DNA of 61,725 nt, counting the filler, from Platydemus manokwari (taxonomy: Eukaryota): assembly GCA_037951405.1 (NCBI GenBank). It is 5 parts of 5 records of this genome, joined end to end, with 100 filler letters (N's around TTAATTAATTAA, not from the genome) between each part and the next. Parts side by side here need not be neighbours in the genome. Positions count along the whole stretch, not along the records: positions 1 to 10,259 come from JBBMOY011152993.1; positions 10,360 to 22,342 come from JBBMOY010362223.1; 3 more parts are not named here. One strand, written 5' to 3'. Positions 1 to 13,873 of the stretch are shown in pieces (the first letter of the stretch is position 1; the number at the start of each line of letters is the position of its first letter). A program made the translations under genes and the position numbers. The notes below the pieces were generated by a model. That model was not told the origin of the DNA. It searched no databases and worked only from the letters and a program-made list of their open reading frames with translations.

Positions 1-3000
1 CTATGCAAAATGTACTTTAAATAAATAAATATTTTTCAAAAAAAACCGAAATTTTAAGGTTATACACCTAATATAATGCAAATACATTTGTCATCACAGC
101 GTATTCAATTACTATCGTTTTCGTGCGAAATCTGAATATTCCCTGTACAATAAGTTCCACACATACAGACCTAACCAAGAGCTTATTTCAATGTCAACAG
201 TGTGATCTTTGCAAGTCTTCGATCGAACACAACATTACTACACAATGACGTCTCAGCAATCACAACTTATAGAAAAGATTCCGACACACCTGTCCACAAT
301 TTTCACACAAGTCAAAATAAATCCATCACAATCAACTAGTTTCAATCTGCTCATTCGCCACCCGCATTAGTCTACTCATCAATTCTTATCAGCGAAAAAT
401 CAGAAAATCACAAAATTACTGACTAGTTTCAGTAATCGGTTCTACCGTTTCAATAGACTATAGATAGATTTCGCGTCCAATACAGTCATTATAGCTAAAA
501 GCGAAATTAACCAGTTTCATTTTCCCACTGCGTTGTGAAGACCATGTTTATGCTTAATAAATATTAATTGTTTTTTATAATATCAAGTATATTTCAAGCC
601 ATTACTAGCCCGTGTATTCTAATTATACAACTTTGCCCCTTGTCAAAAGGTTTTATTCTAATTGCAAACGAGTTTATTAACCATTATCTTATCCGAGAGG
701 TTGTATGTCGTCAATAGCTTTTATACTATCCTATGTTTCGGCATGTAAAGGGACTGTAATTTTGATTTCTGTTCTATTTTATCAATTGTATTTGTGATTC
801 CTAACAATAAGCGTACTAATTGTTACCCAGCACTGTATATTGACTGAATCATCGATCATATTTCAAGTAAGTTGTCATTGATTGTCAACTCCTGACCATT
901 AGTGTCAATATATTTATTAATAAAATCAAATGGGATATATTTGAATATATCACAAATACAGTTACCACACTGTTCTTCTTCACACAATACACTTGTATAA
1001 TATTTGGCAATTCTGATAGTTTTTAGAATGATAACGTAATAATGTAATCACCGACATTATTTCTGTTATATGCTTTTACGGCCAGATCCAATTTCCATAT
1101 TGGAATTGTGTATTTGGGCAATGATAAGGCCAACAGAAGGCTGAAATAGGATTGATGACAACAGCTCTGAAACCTCCACATGATTATTATTGTTTTGTTT
1201 TATTATATTTTTAACAATCATACATAATTATAAACTTGACTTCCATTATCTTAACGAATTTAAATTATAATTTCGTGAATTTTAGTTGAATTTCAAAATG
1301 TAAAATTCAAAAAATATTAGAACATCATCAAACATTAACATTGCAAAATAAAAAACTAAGAAAATCCATTCAAAATAATTTATAACTAGATATAGTTTTT
1401 ATCATTTATAAATAATGTCCTCAATTCTTCTCTTCAAGAAAATCTTCAAAAATTTGCAAGAATCAACACCAGATTCAATAATTGACATGCAAAAATAATA
1501 TTTTGATGGTGTTATCTACTGATTTCAAAATCGCAAGTCTCTCTCATATAGGTTACACTTGGAAATATGATACAGTTGCAAATTATTAAACTAATCAATG
1601 CATTACCCCAAAAAAATGATCTTTTAAAGAAGGTTTCAGATAATAAAGGAGGTTTTTTCACCTTTCATTTGAAGAGATAAAGTAACTCTGAATCTAAATA
1701 ATTTGTGTAATATCTCAGAATATTTAAAATATATTTTCAAAGTTTCTCATAAAATTACATCCTAATGGTAATGTTTAATTCAGAGATTAAAAAAATATAT
1801 CTTAGAAACATATTTATAAACATCTCCAGTGAATATCACACTCAAAAAGACGAAAAATGGATCTAAAGATTATTCACTGATAAAAATATTCGTAAATTTA
1901 AAATAATTTTCCCCTAATATTTGTAAAAATTTGATCGAAATCAAAAAGTAATTGATGAATCACCATTGGTGATTTAAAATTTTTATTTAGAAGTTGTCTG
2001 TCTCGACCGGTCAATGACCACATTAACTGACAATTTATTTTAATAACAAGAAATTTATAAATCACAGAAAATCAAGATCTGTTTTTGGCAGAATTATTTG
2101 ATTAAATTTAGATATTAAACGATTTCTTGAGACATTCAGTATTTCCAAATTATTTTTCAAGGAAACATTGAAATTCGGTGAAATCCGGTAATTGAAAAAC
2201 TAATTAAATGATACTACTTGTATAAAGTAAATTGCAAAATCATTCTTAACCTGTTTAGATACATTCATAAATGAACCGATGATAAACTCTATTAAACTTC
2301 TATTTAATTTACTTAATGAGAAATATGAAGTTATTTTACTTAATCAATTATAAATAATTATTGTTTATACATCCTCCATGTTTTTGAAATTATAATTTCA
2401 AAATGTGATCAAGTTGAAAGTATTAGTTTCACGAAAAATACGTTTTCAATGCTCTCAATGTTCGATTTCTGTATTTCAAATGTATCATTGTTAATGGTCA
2501 TTCCTAAGATTATTATAAAATAAAGTGTGTAGCCATTGTCCTATTTTGAATCAAATAACTACTATATAATAAAGCAAAAGATGTACTATATTTATAAAAA
2601 TATCTGTTCTTACTTACATGAATTTGCATATTCAATTAATAATTATATAAGCAAGTTCTATTTGATCCGATAAAAACTAAAGAAGAATCGAATCGAATCC
2701 GATTTTTGTTAATAAAACTAATAATTAAAAATATCAATTTATAAGTCACTGAATTATGGTCAAAGTAATATGTAAGTCATAGTGAAAGCTTAACTAATCA
2801 GTGAACTTTAGTTTTAACCCCATATGAAGTCTGCAGTTCGTATCAGAAGAAATTTCTAATTTGAAAAATCTATCAATGGTTTCATAACTCAAATTACATA
2901 AATTAAAATAAAAAAATATTTCACACTTCAATGAGAGTACTGACTCAAAATACCTGTCAGTTGAGACCTTCAAGGAGCGCTGACCATGATACTTGAATTG

Positions 3001-4011
3001 TCAGATAAAATAGTCAAACCCACTCGTGGATAATATCTATTGACAGTCAATTATCCTTATGAAATGCTTTCACAGTCAGCCAATGATTGGATATCTATGA
3101 TTTTTCATGAAAACTGTTTCCCGTATTTCATTTTCAGTTTTTGAGAAGATTTTCCACCAGTGAAGAATGAATTCAGCAAATGTTGCAAAGGTGATAAATT
3201 TGTTTCCATTGATGTTTTGATCGATTTGTGATTGTTTTTTGTTGGAATCGATGTCATTGTAGATTATTTTGTGTTCTTTCTTGAATGATTGTTTACCGGG
3301 TTGATTCTGGGTCTCTTTTTCCAAATTTGCAAGGCTTGAATAAAATGATTATTAATAAGGAATTTTTATTTAGTGAAAATGTAATGTTGGGAGATTTCAA
3401 TGATAATCTTTATGGAATCCTGTTTTGGTGAATGTCATTAATAGTTTTCAAAATACGTCTCAATCCATTATTTCAATATCTTTCGAATAATTATGTAGTT
3501 TTTCTATGTTGTATAGTTTTAAATAATATCGGTAGTGTATTAATATCATAATATAGATAACTAATAATAATAATGAATGTAAATAACTTAGGAGGATGAA
3601 GAAAAGAAAATACCCAATGAGCCTTTGGTTATAAAAAATCGAAGTAGGTGGTATTGCAAATTTTATTATTCAGATATTGATGATCATTAACTAAGTTGTT
3701 ATGTTTTATTTCAATAGTATGTTAAATCTAAAATATTCAATCTTATTTAAAATCTACAACCCGTCGAACATTTGTAATAAACATGAAACAAAGCCATTAG
3801 AAATACTAATATATGAAACTATTACTTTCACTTTATCTCTAATGAATTAATTATCATTTAAATAAATTATTTACTATTTTTGAATCTTTTAGGTTTATCT
3901 ACTGAGAAACTTAGTTTCAAACGCGAAGCAAAGAGATAGATAACTGTAACTATCAAAATGACTTTATATCATCTGAACTTTATATGAAGTTTCTGATAAA
4001 TTAAATGCTCA

Positions 4012-4325
4012 AGATATTCTTAATTTTTACAATTATATTATAAAAATAAGCAATGATATTATTAAACGTGTCCGTAGTTAAACAACTGGATTTATAATTG
4101 AAAAAATTTCAATTTAAAAACTCAAATAATCATGTAAAAGTGTTGTGATCAGAATAGGATCTTGATTTTAAAACTGTTTTTGACTATTTTAGACATCCTA
4201 AAAATTTAGATATTTACTAAATTATAAGAATCAATCAAGAATTATATATAAAATTATTTAGTTATAAAATTATTTCATGAGTGAAAATTCATTATTATGA
4301 AAGTAGGTCATTGGATCCATTTTCT
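4012..4325 (+). repeat. Dispersed interspersed repeat, copy 1 (probable non-autonomous DNA transposon fragment)
   Basis: Aligns colinearly by eye with 31947-32265 (shared blocks tttttacaattat, aatttaaaaactcaaataatcat, cttgattttaaaact, gaaaattcattatta-gaaagtaggtca). Confidence 0.8.
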
Positions 4326-4568
4326 TAAGTTAAGCCAAAATAAATTTTAAAATTAATAAATTACTCGAAAATTATAAAAATCTATGGAATTTTAAAATTA
4401 TACTGATAAACAAATTGGTTTTATTAACCAGAAAAAAATACATTTTTATGTTAAATATAAGAATGTCAAATTAAAAGTTAATTTCACTTTATTAATTACT
4501 TAAAACTTTCTGTATTCTGTGTTTATTAATATCCAGTTAATATCCAGTAATTGTATTTTATTTTCAAG

Positions 4569-7500
4569 TGTTATCAATGGGAGAGACAAGTGATTCTGAT
4601 ATCAGCGGTCAACACGATCATTGTGTCACAAAGCAAAGAGATAAATGGGTATCGAAATACGATTTTCTCATGTCGATTATTGGATTTGCTGTCGATCTTG
4701 CAAATGTTTGGAGATTTCCTTATATTTGCTTTAAGAATGGAGGAGGTTATTTTGAAATGATAAAAATTTTATTTAATTATATATTATTTTTAAAGGAGCA
4801 TTCTTAATTCCTTATTTTGCCATGTTAATATTTGGTGCTGTACCATTATTTTATATGGAATTGATATTGGGCCAGTTCCACCAAAAAGGAGCTATTGGAA
4901 TTTGGAATATCTGTCCTCTTTTCCAAGGTGAATTCGATAACTAAATTAAACAATTACGATTTCAATATTTAGGAGTTGGGATAGCTCAGAATATGATCTC
5001 TTTCATTGTTGCACTCTACTACAATGTTATCAATGGATGGTGCTTCTACTTTTTATTTAGTTCTTTTACCAATTCCCTTCCTTGGATGAGGTGCCATCCA
5101 AATATCAGTACTTCAAATTGTATCAACATGGAAGACTATCTACGGCACAATTATTCTTCAAATTCGACAGGACTCAATTTTTCCATTTCCTCCCTTGAAT
5201 ATTTTGAGTAATAAATTCAAATTAAAATCTTTTATTTCCTATTGAAAATTCTGTAAAACTTTTAGAAGAGTGGTATTGCAAGTTCATAAAAGCTCAGGAA
5301 TTGGAGATCTTGGACCACCTCGTTGGCAATTGATATTGTGTACTATAGGGGTATTTGTAACATTATATATAGCTATTAGAAGAGGAATAAAGTCGTCTGG
5401 AAAAGTATAAAAATCGATTAATGATGATATAATCATTTATTTCAGGTGGTTTACGTGACAGTTCTTTTACCATACGTTTTACTTCTGGTTTTATTGATTA
5501 ATGGTTTGATGTTACCAGGTGCTGCAAATGGTATCATTCGTTTCATCACTCCTAATTTTTCTATCTTGAACCAGTCTGAAGTAAGATAAGATATTCTCAA
5601 GGTAAACTAATTGATTTTATAGGTGTGGATTGAAGCGGCAGTGCAAATATTTTACAGTGTTGGTGCTGGATTTGGAGTACATTTGGCGTATGCCAGTTAT
5701 AATCAATTTCATAATAATTGTCTCAGGTTAGTTATGATTGATACTTCTATTGATCAATATGATTATCGCAGAGACTGCGTCGCAACAGTAATTGTGAACA
5801 GTGGCACAAGTCTTCTTGCTGGATTTGTTGTGTTCAGTTACTTGGGATATATTTCATTCTTGATGAGAGATGAAATTGACTCTGTGGTTACTCATGGTAC
5901 ATTATTACTTAGTCTTGTTATTTATTCTTTTATATTTCTAATAGGTCCAAGTCTAGTATTTCAAATATACCCTTTTGCAATTGCCACTATTAAAGGTTCC
6001 TCATTCTGGTCGATAATGTTCTTCTTATTGCTAATAAATTTGGGGTTAGATAGTGCAGTAGGTTTATTAATTCTTTAGATAAAATGCTAAAAATGTCATA
6101 GATGGGTGGTATTGAATCGGTGGTGACAGGTCTTCACGATGTGCTACCCATCCAATGGAAAACGTTGAGAAGGCGCGATGTGTTGTCATTGATTGTTTTA
6201 ATCTGTGCTTTCTTGGGAAGTATTCCAGTAGTGACAAATGTAATGATTTAATAATAATAATATTCATTATTTTAAATTATTTTTTATACCTAACAAACTA
6301 TTAATTATTATTGTGTATTATAATTTATTAAATATTTCAAATTTGATTAAGGGAGGCATATATGTATTCACATTACTGGATCGACATGCAGCGGGAACAT
6401 CGCTACTTTTTGGAGCACTGATGCAAGCAATAGGAGTAGCGTGGTTTTATGGTATGAGTTAATAATTGGATGTCGTAAACAATAATATATTAATATGATA
6501 AATAATTAAATATAGTATTTTACAAATTCTCAACGATCACGATAGAATTATTTCTAACATAATACTAAAATATAAATAAAGATAGCTTCAGATAATTGGT
6601 CAATGAGATCAGCATACTACTGTCTGGTATAGTTGAAACTCTAAAAATATAAAATAATCCATATTTTCCCCAATATAATTTCTATAATACAGAAATGAAT
6701 AAAACACCATTTTGTAAGACGATATTTCACAAAACAAATCTAAGTAGGTTTCTATCATAACTTTAAGTGTTCCTAGGAAAATTAAGTTTGTCGTACTATC
6801 TGCATTGAAAGGGCTAATAAGTTATGATATTACAAAATATAGACGATTTGTAAAGTGTTTTAGAAATATTCAAAAGTTAATATTCGAATTTCACTCAAAA
6901 TTCAATACAAAATCACTGAATCACAATATAAAATAGTTAAGACAATGAGAGAAAAACCAGTGACCAATGAAAAATTTATTGAAATATTTAAAAGATTTGT
7001 TTAAAATGACTAAGCCACTAATTTAAACAATTTATAATTTCGTAACAATTAGTCATGAAAATATAAACATAAATAGATATCAAACTGTATGGTATTGTAA
7101 TGTAATTTCATTGAAAAACGATCTAATAACTGACCATTAAATAATCTAAAGATAACTTTTCAGGTTCAAGGGAAAACGATTTCGATGATTAATTAATATC
7201 TTCTCAAATAGGATTTGTTATTAGAACGAATAGTTTATCCCATTAATTGCTTGGATAAATTATTTCTTTCTTTGCATCTATTAGTATATCAAAAGTGCTA
7301 TGATTTGAAGCCAGCAAGAGAATAATCATTTTCAAGGTTTGGATCAAATCCTGTACATAGTCACTGTATATTTAAATTTTTTTTAATTTTTTTTAAAATT
7401 TATACAAAAGCAATGATGACAGGACATTGATTTCAATCTTGACAATGATTAAAGATATTATAATGACGATGAGAACTCGATTAGGATAGAAATCTGAAAT

Positions 7501-8220
7501 TCTTATAAGATATTTAGTCGAATAATTTTGATTTTTAATTCATAAGAATAGCAATATTAATTATAACTTTTGTGAAGGTCTTGACCAATTTTGTATGGAC
7601 TGCAAACAAATGCTTGGTCAATCTCCAGGAATATTCTGGAGAATTTGTTGGAAATTCTTGGCTCCAATTTTTATTTTGGTAATTCTCTTAACTTAACGAA
7701 AAATTGATCTTTTGTAGGCAATTGTCGTTTGTTCTACAGTAAACATGCCGAAATTGAATTATCCGTTTGGCTGTGTTCATCCTGAACTGAACATTAAAGA
7801 ATATGATTTTCCGTCTTGGTCTATTGGAGTAGGATGGATCATTTCTCTATCGTCAATGATCATGATTCCATTATTTTCCATTTGGCACGTGATGCATACA
7901 AAGGTATTAAGAGAAAACCAGTATTAGCCCAGTAATAATTTCGATAACAATTGTAAATTTAGAGCTTCTTCAAATCCATAACTCCAGTATGGGAGTTGGA
8001 TCCCGCAGTAAAAGTATATAGCAGAAATGAAGTTCGAAACGATTATATTAGTGTATTATTATGTTATTGTGTAATGATTATTCAGTTGTCGCACTGGATT
8101 AGTCTTGGACCTCACGATGTCTGGCCATTAAAGGAGTTACATCAATTGCTTCAAGAAAAAAGAATGCTAAAAGCAATTACTAGCAATAGTGACAATCTGT
8201 TAGAAGAGAGCATTTTATAA
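4569..8220 (+). CDS. slc6a3: Na+/Cl- dependent monoamine transporter (SLC6, dopamine/noradrenaline-transporter-like), multi-exon; exact 5' end uncertain
   Basis: Exons joined by GT-AG introns: 4569-4745, 4796-4927, 4973-5207, 5266-5404, 5446-5580, 5623-5726, 5772-5896, 5945-6057, 6102-6239, 6352-6451, 7578-7678, 7718-7903, 7963-~8031, 8086-8220. TM1 [28 protein letters not shown] has the monoamine-specific Asp and the DAT/NET-type GFAVDLAN (SERT has GYAVDLGN). Also present: EL2 Cys pair, [28 protein letters not shown], and a C-terminal LSHW like DAT LRHW / NET LQHW. DAT vs NET vs invertebrate octopamine transporter cannot be resolved by eye. Confidence 0.9.
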
Positions 8221-10259
8221 TGAGACATAAATTTTATTCTTTAGCTTTAGAAATTGAGAAAATATAAATTTTATTATCATAAGATTATCTGCGTTTAGTG
8301 TTGTTGAAAATTATTTATAGAAATGATAATAGATAGCATTAAAACAAATAAAAAATAAATTTAAACTATTATGAGTTGTTTTAAATATCACTATGAATAC
8401 TATTAAATTATATAGCCAAAATATTCAAAAATGATAGACTTTAAATAAATAGGATTGTCGTTTGGATTTGATGGATGTTTTAATATTTTTAAAACAATAA
8501 GAAATCCAGCAATTTTATCATCTGCTAATGTTCGAATCCGTCTATTCCTTGCTAAGATTAATGACCAAATTTCATTATAACGAGAAAATAAATATTTGTT
8601 CATGTAGTGATTTTCATCACGCTTATCAATTCGTCAATCAAAGTCACCCGGTGAAAATCGTATTGATAGAATTTAAAAAATATTTTTGATTATTCAATAT
8701 TTTACAAACTTTTAATTCCAACATTTATTTGAAAGTAAGTCCATGGTTTAAGATTTCAGTTTTTGAACATAACCGTGTTGGAAAATATTTGAAAATATCT
8801 AAGAAACGTACTTTATAATGTACTTCCGAAGTGAAATAAGATTAAGAAGATTATTAGAACTTTGCATAATATTAAGATATTAATTAAATAAAAGAAAATA
8901 CAGAATATAAATATAATATATAATATAACATTAATAATTCCACAGTAAGTGTTGATAAATTAAATTAATATTTTTTTCGAAACAAAATACCAATTTTAGT
9001 CATCAACAAAAGTTACAACAAAATTAGTAATTAAAAAAACAAATCAAAATGATTCATGAAAATGATTAATAAAATATTTTATTATAATTGTGATTTTCAA
9101 AAATCCGTATTATTCATTGACAAAAATAAATCCAGAAATGTTTTTTTTATTATCACGTAAGTTTTTAAATAATTAATTAGATATTATCTTAAGAAATAAA
9201 ATGCAATAAATTATTATAGTCTATATTTAGTTGGGTTATTTTTAAAATACTCGAAAACCACTTATATTTTTAATATGGAATATTAAAACAATTAATAAGT
9301 GCTTTGAAAATATGATTTTGAGAATAAAAATAATAGAAAATCAAATGTTAATAATTTTCATTTTGTATTTAGTAATATTTAATTAATTATTGCAAGATGA
9401 AGAAAAATAAATATAGTAGCACAGTTTCTCAAGTTTAGGATTCTTAAGCAAAATGAACTAAAGCTCATTTCCAATATTTTCGTAGGTCACTAATATGCAA
9501 ATAACTACCAAATATTGGTTTTGAGTATTGAAAAATACATATAGAGAAGAGATTACAAATAGCTGACCAAATAGCGACAATTTGGTAAAGCGATTGACAA
9601 TAATTAGTTATGTGCAATTAGCATGGATGCTAAATTGATAATTTTCTTTCCGGCTGTCGAAATTTGTTACACGCGATGATCTAGCTTATAATTGCACCTA
9701 TACATCATGATAACAATTGCAAATTCTTACTGGTAATTTTGCGGTTCAATTTTAGTATTCTTTTTATACAGTGCTTATTTTGAATTATTTCCAAATAACA
9801 TCATAATTTTTCATCTTTATCCTAATCTTTATATTTTATTTGCCATCAAATCCCTCACTTTTTTCTATTAATACAAAATTTTATAAATATCTAATAATTA
9901 TTCGAAAATTAAAATTCGATACAAACAAATTTCATTTTGTAAAGATGTTGGCTATTGGCTTTTGACAATTTAATAAAACAAGAATTCTGTGTGGAATTTT
10001 TTATTAAGTGGATAAAAGTATTTCTTGTAAATTTTATTGAAAAACGTTTTATCTGAATTCCGGGAAATTTTACGACCAACAAAAATATAATTTAATATAA
10101 TATAACATAATTTAGACCGAAAATAATAATCATCATAATTAATAAAAATTAAACTCATGAAAATTAACACATTATAAAACAATGCACATATTGAATTTAT
10201 GAATGTAGAATAAGTTATCGCGCTCGGTAAATAAAAAATCTAGGTTTAATAAAACAACA

Positions 10260-10359
10260 NNNNNNNNNNNNNNNNNNNNNNNNNNNNNNNNNNNNNNNNN
10301 NNNTTAATTAATTAANNNNNNNNNNNNNNNNNNNNNNNNNNNNNNNNNNNNNNNNNNNN
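10260..10359. other. Assembly gap with TTAATTAATTAA spacer (same at 22343-22442, 37519-37618, 48792-48891; plain N gap at 55410-55581)
   Basis: Identical 100 nt N-padded cassette containing stop codons in all six frames. Confidence 0.97.
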
Positions 10360-11469
10360 TCATTAACATAGATAACAGTTCTAAATAGTTATGGTTTTAT
10401 AAAACCTGAGACTGATAGTTAGGTTAAGTAAAATATATCGCTACTGCCATACCTATTGCCTTCACACAATGAGACTGTGCGATGTGAAGAAACATCAATA
10501 TAAGGTATATTATACCTGTGGCCTTGATCAAGAGCTCATAGAGACTGATTAAGACAGTAGTGGTATCAAATAGGATTAAGCTTAGTTAATACCCTATTCA
10601 ATAAGGTCCGAACATAACAAAATGATGAAAATGAATTTCATGAAAAATTAAATTTTCATAAGTGATGAAGTTCCAAACTATATTTTGACTACATGTAACA
10701 TTGTGCTTCGTACCTTTTTGGATGTAACAATAATTTTTTTGCATGCATGGATGATTTATAATTTTGTTTCATTGTAACAAAATTCGACTTGCTTAACGAT
10801 ATATATAGTTAAACAGTTGTGACAAATGTATAATTTTTATGTTTAACCTATTGACGAGAATAATAAATAGTTAAATTCAATTGGGCATAATTATCTTTAA
10901 TAAATTCGAAAGTAATAATAAGGAAATAATAAATCGAATAATAAATCTTTTAATAATAATAGCCAGAACTAAAATCCACAGATAAATTTGATATAAAATA
11001 TAAAATAATTAAATATATAATAATTAAATCGAAACAATGAAAATAATTGATAAATTGAAAATAACAATGTAATAATAGAATATCGAGGAGATTAAAATAA
11101 AATATCACAGCAAATAATTAATCAAAGAGATAAACGCTCACGAAGACCAAGCCATATAATAATGAGGAAAGATCAGTTGACAGTGCCCATGTAATTGTAA
11201 GAAACCACTAGCCTTGAGTCTTGCTCTTTTTGTTTAATCGATAGTTCGAGAAAATTATGTCAATTTGTATATGTCCTTCGATTGTTCGGTACATTTGCTA
11301 ATAAGTCTATAAGGCTAAGTAATAATTCGTATAGATAACTGATCTATATTATAATCATCGTTTATCTCATTAGGGTGTGACTAAAATAACTTAAAATCTG
11401 AAATTAAATTAAAATATAAATGTAAAACATAAAGTTTCTATTCAAACACAACAAAAACGTCACTTCAGT

Positions 11470-11845
11470 TCATGTTCAAATAGTAATTCAGTCTTCGAAA
11501 TTATTGTCGTTGCTGCAGTCAACTCTTCGATTGCTTGAGGCTTCCTGATGTTCACTAGGTCTTTCAACATTCTCTAAAGAAAAAAGTCCAGTGAAGTAAA
11601 ATCAGGTGAACATAGTGGCTATTCGATCCATCACGCCTTCAAATCCACGAAGCAGGGAACTTTGCATTCAACTAGTCTTGAACAATGATTGCAAAATTGG
11701 GTATTGCTTCACTGTGCTATAAAATGATTCGTTACGACTCTGTATTATCGAATCAATCCGAAGTCAAAGTCATTTTGATAGCATTTTAGGGTAAGGCAAA
11801 CCAAACACAGTACCATCAAAGAAGTAGGGTCCAATAATTGGGAAC
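11470..11845 (-). mobile_element. Degenerate Tc1/mariner-superfamily transposase fragment (catalytic C-terminal half)
   Basis: Minus-strand translation gives IIGPYFFDGTV ... LNAKFPASWI ... PLCSPDFTSLDFFL ... LKDLV..RKP..IEEL. This matches the IIGPYFF/FPGRWIG/WPPRSPDLTPLDFFLWG pattern, with stops and frameshifts. Confidence 0.8.
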
Positions 11846-11924
11846 AAGATTGTAAAAATAGCTCAAAATATTAGAAATAAGTTCAATTGCAAAAATATTA
11901 TGGAATAATACAATTTTTATTTAA

Positions 11925-12290
11925 GACAAGATGTTAACATGTCGGAAGATGTTATATAAAGCTTAAAATAATTGGCAGAAAATAATTGGCACTGTGCATT
12001 ATTTTTTACCTTAATCTTTAACTTGAAAACAAGCATTAAAAGTTACGAATATAATATTTATTGATCAAACAATGTATATAATGTGTGAAGAAGGAATAAG
12101 AAAAGGAATATCTTCTGTAGTGGAAAAAGTTCATGTTATAGCGAATAAATTTACTAACTCATGATGAGATAGTAAGGGTATGAGGGAAATAAATTATTAG
12201 AAACAATAAAAAATGGGAAATTCGATAAATGTCTCTTATGTATCGATGCCAATTATTAGTATTGTTTAGCAACGAGTGAACAAATGGGAA
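11925..12290 (+). mobile_element. Degenerate Polinton/Maverick-type DNA polymerase B fragment
   Basis: Translates HYFLP*SLT*KQALKVTN..IDQTMYIMCEEGIRKGISSVVEKVHVIANK, then CLLCIDANY*YCLATSEQM. This matches the Polinton polB pattern HY..PGLSW..MLK.T...DMYLMIEKGIRGGIS...ANN...YLDANNLYG.AMSQ. Confidence 0.65.
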
Positions 12291-13873
12291 TAAGTAATAT
12301 AACTTAATCTGACTCAAAACAACAATTTATTATAGATTATTCGAGCCGTTAATAATTTCATATAGCTAAAATTCGATTTTTCATTAATGATCCGATAACT
12401 AAACAATAATTAGTGTTGTGTAATAAGTAAATAATCGAATAAAAATGAACAATATAATAACTACTTTTAATTTATTACAAATTTACAAATGTGTCTGGCT
12501 AGATTTTAAAAGCAAGTAAGCATTATCATCTAAAGATAAATAAAAATCGACGGGAGGGAACTAAGTGCGTTCCCATTTCGATGTGACACAATGAAAATGA
12601 TTATAGGTTCCAACAAAAATTTTTAAACTTTGTGGAAATATGATTTAGAAATTTCTGACTAATCTACTGCCCGAAGATTGTTAAAAATCGTATTTACCAT
12701 AATTATCTTGAAATTTTAAAAGCAGTTTAATTAATTTAAAGAATTAATTATTTAGCATTAATTTGTGATGAATTTCAGAAAGTAGTAATTAATAATTTAT
12801 TCCACTATTAATTATAAATATTTCAAACTTCTAATTTAAACAATTTAAAATTGGTCATTGAATTTTTGCTGAGAAAAGAGTAAAAATATTATCGTAAATT
12901 TAAAGAGGAATATAATCAGAAAAAGGTTGCACAGTAGAAATAAGAGACACATTGTCATAAGTTTGTCATGAGTTAAAGACGGTAGTATAATCCATATTTT
13001 AGTAGTAATACATTCATAATATGAAAATATGTTGCGTTTTTAGATAATGCGTCTCTTTTAACCTGTCATTGTTGAACCGAATAATTAAAATATTGACAAA
13101 GTACACAAAGACATGAATATATCAATCTAATTCTGAATTCAATAAGATCATCTTTACACGTATTATACGACCTAATATCATTGGTCATCCGTTATATCTT
13201 ATTGAAGAACACTCCTGTGGAATTTTATTCTTTTTGGTATTGGAGGACGATCTTTTTGACCATAGGCTTTTCATAGTATTCCTTAATCTCCGCTGAAACA
13301 ATTTTGTATTGAGTGATTGTGTCCTGGTTCAGTAAAGTAACCACAAATATATTCTTTGTAGATTTAGTGGCTTTTCTGATATCGAAATATCAAATACAGC
13401 CATTGATGAACTATTTCATAATGTCTCATTGCCCGCATTTCTTTGGTACGAGTCTGTTTAGAATCGTTCCATGTATGCATGGCTACGTTAGATGCAGTTA
13501 CATCATATAAATGTTTAAATGTTTAAATCACACATCACAAAATTTTGCAGTTATCTAAAATTGTTCTTATTCGTTCTTACTACAAAGAAAATGTCACGCC
13601 TTTTTAAATATAGTCATCATAGCGGTATAGAAATCTTTAGAGGTTTACTGAATAACTGAGTATGTAAAAAATTGCTAAAAATTATCCTCCCATGTTTGTT
13701 ATATAAAGAACAAAATGAATCTAAGATTCCAGGTGTAAAAGAAATAAACTGGATAAAGATATTTATTATTCTATATTTGATTGATGCTTTCCATATTTCT
13801 CAACGTAATTTATTATTTTTCCAATTGTTGTTTAAATAATATACTTTAAATTATAACATTTTGAAGTTTTAAA

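Noticed and set aside
1-2400. Patchy GC-richer, TE-like sequence at the window start
   Set aside because: No ORF, terminal repeat or motif I could support.
3076-3324. 82 aa minus-strand ORF upstream of the transporter
   Set aside because: Non-ATG start, no domain and no convincing splice partners.
10304-10315. TTAATTAATTAA palindrome recurring four times in the middle of N runs
   Set aside because: Assembly gap filler with stops in all six frames; not biological.
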